Source: Candidatus Versatilivorator vitaminiformans
GTDB taxonomy: Bacteria; Acidobacteriota; Terriglobia; Versatilivoradales; Versatilivoraceae
Length of the DNA: 41,983 bases
Direction: 5' to 3'
NCBI GenBank assembly: GCA_027493295.1
Contig: JAPVWS010000464.1
Span: 1 to 41,983, forward strand
This document shows positions 36,434 to 41,983 of the stretch, piece after piece. The position numbers were made by a program, and so were the translations under genes. How positions within the stretch are numbered: the stretch's first letter is position 1; the number at the start of each line of letters is the position of its first letter. The notes under the pieces are model-generated. The model saw only the letters and a program-made list of their open reading frames with translations. It had not been told where the DNA came from and did not search any database.

Positions 36434-37129
36434 TCATTGTAAGATCTCCCCCGGTGGCAGCGCCGGATCCCCCGGCGCCCCTCTCGGGCCGGAACTCTCG
36501 TCAACTTCCGGAATCAGGACGAGTCGGAACCGGACCTCCAATTCATCCTTCACCCGAATGGCGCCGGCGAAGGTACTCACCGGTCGAATGCCAAACAAGG
36601 TCTGCTTGAAGCGAGCCCTGCCCTTTACCCGCATCCCGCCCGGCCTGGGTTCCAGTTGGCCGCGAACGGCGAGAGGACGGGTGGTCCCGCGAAGAGTCAG
36701 ATGACCACGCAGAACAAAATCGCCCTCATGAATTTCCATCTGCCGGGAGTCGAACCGGATCAGCGGGTGCCGAATGCTATGCAGAACTTGCCGGCTCTGC
36801 ATCACCCTTTGGACTTCCGCGCGCTGGTCCTCGGCCAGTTCGGAATCCAGCACCTGAAGCTGCACCGCCTTGAAGCTGAGCTGAACCCTGTTTTGCTCGG
36901 GCGTGGCCGGATCGAAAGAGACCCGCCCCGAGGCCACCGGAGCACCGATCAGATGCCGGTGACCAAAACGGCCCAGCAGTCCGTCAGTACCCAGATGAAT
37001 GGAAACCCGGCTTTGTTCAGGGTCCACCAGGTAGCGGGCACCCTGAGCAACCGGGTCCGAACCGGATGAAGCCAACCCGGCCGCCAGCAACGCAACCCGG
37101 CAAACCACCAACGCAGCCGGCAGGATCAT
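36434..37129 (-). CDS. YceI-like (polyisoprenoid-binding) family protein
   Basis: Signal peptide, then Y.VDP..S.V.......G....FGH.H......SG.V.FD, HP.I.F.S, G.LTLRG.T.P..V and FKQT.FGI. This is the YceI beta-barrel pattern. Confidence 0.78.
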   Translation of the reverse strand: MILPAALVVCRVALLAAGLASSGSDPVAQGARYLVDPEQSRVSIHLGTDGLLGRFGHRHLIGAPVASGRVSFDPATPEQNRVQLSFKAVQLQVLDSELAEDQRAEVQRVMQSRQVLHSIRHPLIRFDSRQMEIHEGDFVLRGHLTLRGTTRPLAVRGQLEPRPGGMRVKGRARFKQTLFGIRPVSTFAGAIRVKDELEVRFRLVLIPEVDESSGPRGAPGDPALPPGEILQ

Positions 37130-37199
37130 CTTCTATGCCCGTTACAGTGGCAGGGGCCCGACCGTCCGATTGCGGGAGCTTTTTACGGTTCGGTCCGCC

Positions 37200-37601
37200 T
37201 CATGGACTTTGGGGGCGTTTGCTTTCCAGGTAGGAGGCAAAGCGGGGAACCGACACGCGCGCTCGTTCGTGCCAGCCTTCCGCGATCTTCTCGACTTCGT
37301 CGAAGGCTTCCAGTCGAAAGCGGATTTTCCGCCCCGCGACCTCGACGATGCGGGTCTTGAGGGTGACTTTCATGCCCAGAGGCGTGGGGGCCAGGTGTTT
37401 CAAGTCCATGGCCGTTCCCACCGTCTCTTCATCCTGTTGCAGCAACGGGGCAGCCGCCTGACGGGAGGCCATCTCCAGCCACAGGATCAGGGAGGGAGTC
37501 GAGAGCACCGGTTGGACCCCGGGGCCCATGAAGCCGATGCACACCGGCTCGGTGACCAACTGAGTCTGCTCCAACCGAATATCCTGTCCAGGATTCGCCA
37601 T
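37200..37601 (-). CDS. hotdog-fold thioesterase family protein
   Basis: VLSTPSLILWLEMASRQA, ..ETVGTAMDLKHLAPTPLGMKVT....IVEV.GRKIRF..EAFD..EKIAEG.HER has the pattern of small acyl-CoA thioesterases. Start at ATG 37601. Confidence 0.7.
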   Translation of the reverse strand: MANPGQDIRLEQTQLVTEPVCIGFMGPGVQPVLSTPSLILWLEMASRQAAAPLLQQDEETVGTAMDLKHLAPTPLGMKVTLKTRIVEVAGRKIRFRLEAFDEVEKIAEGWHERARVSVPRFASYLESKRPQSP

Positions 37602-37675
37602 GGGTCCTGGCCCGGGGCAGGTGGAATTTAACGGTCCCAAGGCCGCCCGGAATCTCTCCTAAGGACCATCCGGCT

Positions 37676-38692
37676 CTAACGGGAGGGCAGATGATATCCC
37701 GCTTTCTTGGTCCTTACCCGCTGGAGCTTGTCGCCCGAAGTGATGTAGAGCGTCTTGTTCTCTTTACCGCGGCCGAAACCCACGTTGGTCGGCAAATCGG
37801 GCGTACGAAGATAGTCGAGTTCCTTGCCCTCGGGAGAGTAGACGTAGATGCCGGGACGAGTCTGATCCCGGACCGCCACGTAGAGGTTCCCCTCCGCATC
37901 CACCACCAGTCCGTCGGGGCCGTCCTGCGGATAGTAGTCCACCAGCGTCTTCCTGAAGGTCGCAGTTCCCTCGGGACTCAGGTCATAGGCCAATAGGGCC
38001 ATTCTTCCCTTGTGGAAAGGAAGGTCCGGAGAAAACTGGAAGATGTCGAAGTTGCCGTTGTCGTTGGACACCACGTAGAGCGTCTTCTGGTCGGGCGAGA
38101 CGCAAACACCGTTGGGTTTTCCCGCATCGGTGATGATCTGATGAATCGATCCGTCGGGGTCGATCCGGTAGACCGCCATCACTCCCTGCTCCAGGGGCTC
38201 GTGGCCGACATAGCGGGGATCGGAGAAGTAGATTCGACCCTTGAGATCGATGCTGATGTCGTTGGGGGCATTGAACTGTCGCCCGTTATAGAAATTCCCG
38301 ATGATCACGCTCTTGCCGGTGTTCATGTCCGTCCGAGTGACGCGCCGCCCTCCGAAGTCCGCCCCTTCGGCCACGACCATGTTCCCCTGGGCATCGAATT
38401 TAATGCCGTTGGACATCCCGCTGGGGGATCGATAGACGCTGACCTCACCGGTCTTGGGGTCGTACTTCATGATGTGACCCGCTTGCATACCCGCGGTTCG
38501 GGTAAAGGTGATGTCACTGAAATAGATGGTGCCGTCGGGCGCGGCTGCCGCGCCCTCGGTGAGAACCCCTCCGGTGAACAGGGTTTCCAGGGTGTCGTGC
38601 TCAAAATAGGCGGACTCGCCTGCGGCAACAGCCCACCCGGCGCAATGCACCAGAGCCACCGATAAAAACAGAAACTGAACGGTTCGAAGCAT
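37676..38692 (-). CDS. SMP-30/gluconolactonase/LRE-like six-bladed propeller protein (secreted)
   Basis: Signal peptide MLRTVQFLFLSVALVHCAGWA. Family blocks TEG.....DG..YFSD, NG..FD..G, PND...D..GR.YF.DP, .PNG...SPD...LYV and .PDG...D..GN.Y.A. GGAGGAAGG SD before ATG 38692. Confidence 0.88.
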   Translation of the reverse strand: MLRTVQFLFLSVALVHCAGWAVAAGESAYFEHDTLETLFTGGVLTEGAAAAPDGTIYFSDITFTRTAGMQAGHIMKYDPKTGEVSVYRSPSGMSNGIKFDAQGNMVVAEGADFGGRRVTRTDMNTGKSVIIGNFYNGRQFNAPNDISIDLKGRIYFSDPRYVGHEPLEQGVMAVYRIDPDGSIHQIITDAGKPNGVCVSPDQKTLYVVSNDNGNFDIFQFSPDLPFHKGRMALLAYDLSPEGTATFRKTLVDYYPQDGPDGLVVDAEGNLYVAVRDQTRPGIYVYSPEGKELDYLRTPDLPTNVGFGRGKENKTLYITSGDKLQRVRTKKAGYHLPSR

Positions 38693-38912
38693 CGGCTTAC
38701 CTTCCTCCAGGCTCAAAAAACCTCAGGACAGTTATCGAAACGGTGCCGGGTATTCTATCAACCTCTGTCAAACGGCTCGGACAATCGCCCCTGATCCTCG
38801 TGCGCCTCTCTTTTTTTGAAGGAAAGCTCCGCGGACGCGATAGAATAACCAGGCGAATCCTCTGGCAACAGTGTTCACTTTCTTACGGCTGGTCCTTTCC
38901 GAGAGGATCGAG

Positions 38913-39926
38913 GTGAGCTTGACCACTCGTCCCCCAAGATCAGCGGCGCTTGGAGTCATTCTGGCCCTCTGCCTCGGGGGCTTGGCCATCCCGGCTATCT
39001 GCAGTGCGACGGCTCTCCAGAAGTCTCAAAAACCCTCGAAACCCCAACTCAAGCGGCGGTCTCGCCTGGATATCCTGCAAACGCTCATCAAGTCGAGGCG
39101 TTGGGACCAGGCCGAGAGGGTGGCCACCCGGCTCCTGGCCGGCTCCCCCCACAATCCGCAGGCCTTGTTCCTGGCGGGGATGGTCCAGTTTCGACAGGCC
39201 CGCTATGACCGCGCCATCCCCCTTCTGAAAAGAGCTCAGGACCTTCGGCCCGAAATTCCAGGTCTGGGCAAGACTCTGGCCATCTGCTACTTCTCGTCCA
39301 GGCAGCACCGGATGTTCGAGTCCCAAATGGAGCACGCCTTCCTCCAGACCCCGACCGATCCCGAGCTTTCCTTCTTCTGGGGACTCCACCAGACGTCGGT
39401 GAACGATAACCCCCAAGCCGCCGTCAGGGCTTTCGACAATGCTCTCCAACACAGACCCAGCTACGTTCAGGCCCTCTACCATCGAGGCCGCGCCTTCCAG
39501 AAAATGGGTCGAAAGGACAGGGCCCGCCAAGACTTCGAGGCAAGCATCGCCCTCATCGAGCAAACCTTCTTTCGGGGCTACAGCTATCCCTATCAGAGCA
39601 TGGCCCGCCTGTTGCTGGAAGACTCGCCCAAGGGGGCCCTTCGCTTTGCCCTGAAATCGGTGGAAGTCCAGCCAAAGCTGAAGAACACCCACGTCCTGGT
39701 CGGAGAAATCCACTGGCGCCTGGGCCAATTCAGGAAGGCCGCCCAGGCCTTTGAGGACGCCACCTACCTGGACCCGGAGGATTCCCGGCTGCACTACTGG
39801 CTACATCTCCTCTACCAGCGGCTGGGAAGAAAGAAAGCCTCGAAAACGGCCCTGGTGGAGTTTCACCGGTTGAATCCCTCAGACAGCGACGCCTCGCAGC
39901 CTGCCAGGCCAGTGGCCGCTCCTTGA
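38913..39926 (+). CDS. TPR-repeat protein (secreted or lipoprotein-like)
   Basis: N-terminus SLTTRPPRSAALGVILALCLGGLAIPAICSA, then several 34-aa TPR-like units (A.....G......Y..A...L..A..L.P). GTG 38913 has a GAGAGGA SD; GTG 38871 is the ORF-track start. Confidence 0.75.
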   Translation: MSLTTRPPRSAALGVILALCLGGLAIPAICSATALQKSQKPSKPQLKRRSRLDILQTLIKSRRWDQAERVATRLLAGSPHNPQALFLAGMVQFRQARYDRAIPLLKRAQDLRPEIPGLGKTLAICYFSSRQHRMFESQMEHAFLQTPTDPELSFFWGLHQTSVNDNPQAAVRAFDNALQHRPSYVQALYHRGRAFQKMGRKDRARQDFEASIALIEQTFFRGYSYPYQSMARLLLEDSPKGALRFALKSVEVQPKLKNTHVLVGEIHWRLGQFRKAAQAFEDATYLDPEDSRLHYWLHLLYQRLGRKKASKTALVEFHRLNPSDSDASQPARPVAAP

Positions 39927-40539
39927 ATCCTCCCAACGGGCTCATGCCCCGGCTTATGCCCACGGCTGACTGCCGGTGTCGCTTCGCGGCTCCACTCCAA
40001 CCGCCGGAGTTGCCGTCCGCACATCCGATAGTTCAAATGTCCCTGCCCCCGCAGTGTCGTGGGTTCGGGGAGAGCTGCGAAACTGCGGTTGGAGTCGTTT
40101 ACCCGTTGCCGCCGTCGAGAATTTTTCAAAGGGAAAGCTGAGCTTCAACACGCTGGGGATCGGCAATCCCTTCTCAGGGATCTGGCTCAAACAGCGCAAG
40201 AATCGTACGAAATGGTGGGTGGCGGCATCACCGCTTTGCATGATCGCGAATGGAACCATTGGGTTTTCGCAATAGTTCGAAAGCGGCGGCAGGATCTTTT
40301 CCGAGCGCGCCCAGGAACAGCGCTGACCCCCTGCAAGATCGAGAAAAGCCGACTCGGTTTCCCGCCTTCCCGCAGGGAATGCTTACTCAAAATGATCCAG
40401 TCGTCCAACCAAGTCCAGTAATGTGCATAAGTGTCTATGTAATCACCAGTTATAAAGACACTTAAGCACCCGCCCCTTTCCCATAGCAATTCGCATTGTA
40501 CCCTTGCATCCATCATTTTATGGGGGTATTATGGTAGGT

Positions 40540-41766
40540 ATGACACTGCTCAAACGACCCCCGCAACGCAAGCCACGCGGGAAGCATCCCGAAAACGCCC
40601 TCATGCCCGCCTTTGTGCGCAACGTCACCCGGGCCGGACGCTACTGCGACGGCCAGGGCCTCTATCTCGACGTCCGGCCCACGGGCAGCCGGGGCTGGGT
40701 GCAGCGCCTCACCATCCGTGGCCGCCGCACCGAGCTCGGGCTCGGCGGATTCCCACTGGTCTCGCTGAAGGAAGCCCGGGAGAGGGCCTTCGCCAACCGG
40801 AAGCTGGCCCGCGAGGGGGGCGATCCCCTCTCGGAGAAGCGCCGCACCGAGTCGACGCCGACCTTCGCGGAGGCGACCCGGCAGGTCTGGAAGCAGTTGC
40901 GCCCGGGGTGGCGCTCCCCCGAGCACGCCGAGCTGTGGCGGGGCAGCCTCAAGCGCCACGCCTTGCCCCGCATCGGCGGGATGCCGATATCGGAGGTCAC
41001 CAGCGCCGACGTGATCGGGATACTGGCCCCGATCTGGCACGACAAGCCGGCCACAGCCCGCAAACTGCGCCAGCGCATCCGGGCGGTCCTGGAGTGGGCC
41101 GTGGCGATGGATCTGCGGCCCGACAACCCCTGCGACCGGATCGGCCCGGTGCTGGGGTCGCAGGGCAATGGGGTGCGTCACATGCGGGCGTTGCCGCATG
41201 GGGAAGTGGCGGAGGCGATCCGGAATGTGCGCGGGTCGAAGGCGCGGCCTGTCGTGAAGCTGGCCTTCGAGTTGCTGGTGCTGACGGCGACACGCTCCGG
41301 CGAGGTAAGGGGGGCAGCCTGGACGGAGATCGACCGGGAGGCGGGCGTGTGGGCCATCCCGGCCCGGCGCACGAAGGGAAACCGCGAACACCGGGTTCCG
41401 CTGTGCGGGCGTGCCCTGGAGGTTCTTGAGGAGGCGCGAAGGCTGGGTCGCGGCAGCCCTCTGGTGTTTCCCAGCGTGGGGGGGAAGCCGATCGGAAGCA
41501 CGGCGATGTCGGAGTTGCTCAGTGAGTTGGGAATCGCGGCCGTGCCCCACGGCTTCCGGTCGAGCTTTCGGGACTGGGCGGCCGAGGAAACGGATCATTC
41601 TCGCGAGGTGGCGGAGGCTGCGCTGGCGCACAAGGTCCGCAACCAGATCGAGGCGGCCTACCGGAGGTCTGACCTGTTCGATCGCCGGCGTGGCCTGATG
41701 AACGACTGGGCGGCCTATCTGGCCCAAGGGGCGTCGTTGGATGGGGCACGCTCCCGGAGAAGCTAG
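40540..41766 (+). CDS. tyrosine recombinase, P4-like phage/island integrase with an Arm-type (DUF4102-like) N-terminal domain
   Basis: N-terminus F.RNV...GRY.DG.GLYL.V.P.GS..W..R....G.R.E.GLG..P.VSL.EAR. The catalytic region has ..TATRSGEVRGA.W..ID, HGFRSSFRDW and LAH......EAAYRRSDL (R...H.xR...H...Y). The start is uncertain: ATGs at 40504, 40531, 40540 and 40603. Confidence 0.9.
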   Translation: MTLLKRPPQRKPRGKHPENALMPAFVRNVTRAGRYCDGQGLYLDVRPTGSRGWVQRLTIRGRRTELGLGGFPLVSLKEARERAFANRKLAREGGDPLSEKRRTESTPTFAEATRQVWKQLRPGWRSPEHAELWRGSLKRHALPRIGGMPISEVTSADVIGILAPIWHDKPATARKLRQRIRAVLEWAVAMDLRPDNPCDRIGPVLGSQGNGVRHMRALPHGEVAEAIRNVRGSKARPVVKLAFELLVLTATRSGEVRGAAWTEIDREAGVWAIPARRTKGNREHRVPLCGRALEVLEEARRLGRGSPLVFPSVGGKPIGSTAMSELLSELGIAAVPHGFRSSFRDWAAEETDHSREVAEAALAHKVRNQIEAAYRRSDLFDRRRGLMNDWAAYLAQGASLDGARSRRS

Positions 41767-41770
41767 CGGC

Positions 41771-41792
41771 CGAGGTCGATGCCCCGACCTCG
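41771..41792. terminator. GC-rich hairpin between convergent genes (terminator-like, no U-tract)
   Basis: cgaggtcg-atgccc-cgacctcg is a perfect 8-bp stem, 5 nt after the integrase stop. Confidence 0.3.
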
Positions 41793-41824
41793 CTCCCGAC
41801 TCCGCTCCTCCCCCGCCCGGCGCA

Positions 41825-41983
41825 TCACCTCCAGTGAGCGCGCAAGGTCACGGCGAGCTGCTTGTAGTCCCGGGCCAACAGCCGCACCTGCCTCGCGAGC
41901 TGCTCGACCTGCCGCCGCAAGTCCTCGACCCGCTCGGCCTGCTGCTTCTGTTCCCGCTCGTACTGCCCCGACAACTCTCGCAA
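41825..41983 (-). CDS. 3' end of an ORF encoding a coiled-coil-like C-terminus (partial, runs off the window)
   Basis: My own translation of the minus strand gives LRELSGQYEREQKQQAERVEDLRRQVEQLARQVRLLARDYKQLAVTLRAHWR, then TGA at 41825..41827. It is heptad-like and charged. It is not in the ORF track because it is short, and I recognise no family. Confidence 0.3.
   Translation of the reverse strand: MRELSGQYEREQKQQAERVEDLRRQVEQLARQVRLLARDYKQLAVTLRAHWR

Larger units (their letters stand above)
40380..41983. mobile_element. putative end of an integrated element (AT-rich junction, integrase, convergent partial ORF); extent unknown
   Basis: A patch of about 150 nt with low GC (40400..40530) is followed by a sharp rise in GC within the integrase gene. 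No tRNA or direct repeat could be identified inside the window. Confidence 0.35.

Noticed and set aside
38747-38849. An 11-nt near-inverted repeat (ggtattctatc / gatagaataacc) in the divergent SMP-30/TPR promoter region
   Set aside because: It is short, imperfect and separated by about 80 nt. It is within chance expectation and has no supporting promoter context.
40040-40300. Possible tRNA/tmRNA fragments near the integrase: gtcgtgggttcgggg at ~40055, and the minus-strand string ending ..gccgccacccacca at ~40213
   Set aside because: No complementary T-stem or acceptor stem can be drawn around either string, and no cloverleaf is apparent. A covariance-model scan would be needed to be certain.
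40059-40516. ORFs 40059..40421 (+), 40187..40516 (-), 39954..40259 (-) and 39976..40275 (+) in the spacer before the integrase
   Set aside because: They overlap one another, are rich in Cys, Trp and Arg, have no SD or recognisable motifs, and lie in a region of mixed composition. They are more likely non-coding or degraded sequence.

Overview
This is a 41,983-bp bacterial chromosomal window with about 37 protein-coding genes, most on the minus strand. I found no rRNA, tRNA, tmRNA or CRISPR array by eye. The gene content includes a CarboxypepD_reg-type TonB-dependent barrel, a DUF1501 plus DUF1549/DUF1553 pair, an M56 BlaR1-like protease fused to TonB_C, and a 14-blade FG-GAP protein. That mix resembles Acidobacteriota or PVC-type environmental genomes (inference only). 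Hand-counted 60-nt samples suggest three compositional blocks. (i) 1..~8.09 kb is very GC-rich (about 70-75%). It carries a lipoate/2-oxoacid dehydrogenase cluster (E1-beta, lipB and a disrupted lpdA), a hotdog thioesterase, nadE, a TonB-dependent receptor and a REP-like repeat family seen nowhere else in the window. (ii) ~8.1..40.4 kb is about 60-68% GC. It contains: a Tat-exported Gfo/Idh/MocA oxidoreductase with MFS and VOC genes; a DUF1501 / DUF1549-1553 / PPC-domain trio; a lower-GC (about 48-57%) BlaI/BlaR1-like module flanked by two paralogous secreted proteins; DUF3500; a co-directional block of HpcH aldolase, iolG, iolE, iolD, an ABC-2 transporter and a 2-hydroxyacid dehydrogenase; the FG-GAP protein; an SDR, YceI, hotdog and SMP-30 cluster; and a TPR protein. 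(iii) From ~40.5 kb the sequence is GC-rich again, with a P4-like tyrosine integrase preceded by an AT-rich, apparently non-coding junction with no tRNA. The most system-like unexplained feature is the BlaI/BlaR1-TonB_C operon with a duplicated unknown secreted domain, one copy fused to a thioredoxin. It has a palindrome over a consensus -10 box and sits next to a perfect 28-bp inverted-repeat element. All family calls come from by-eye motif recognition; no database search was run.
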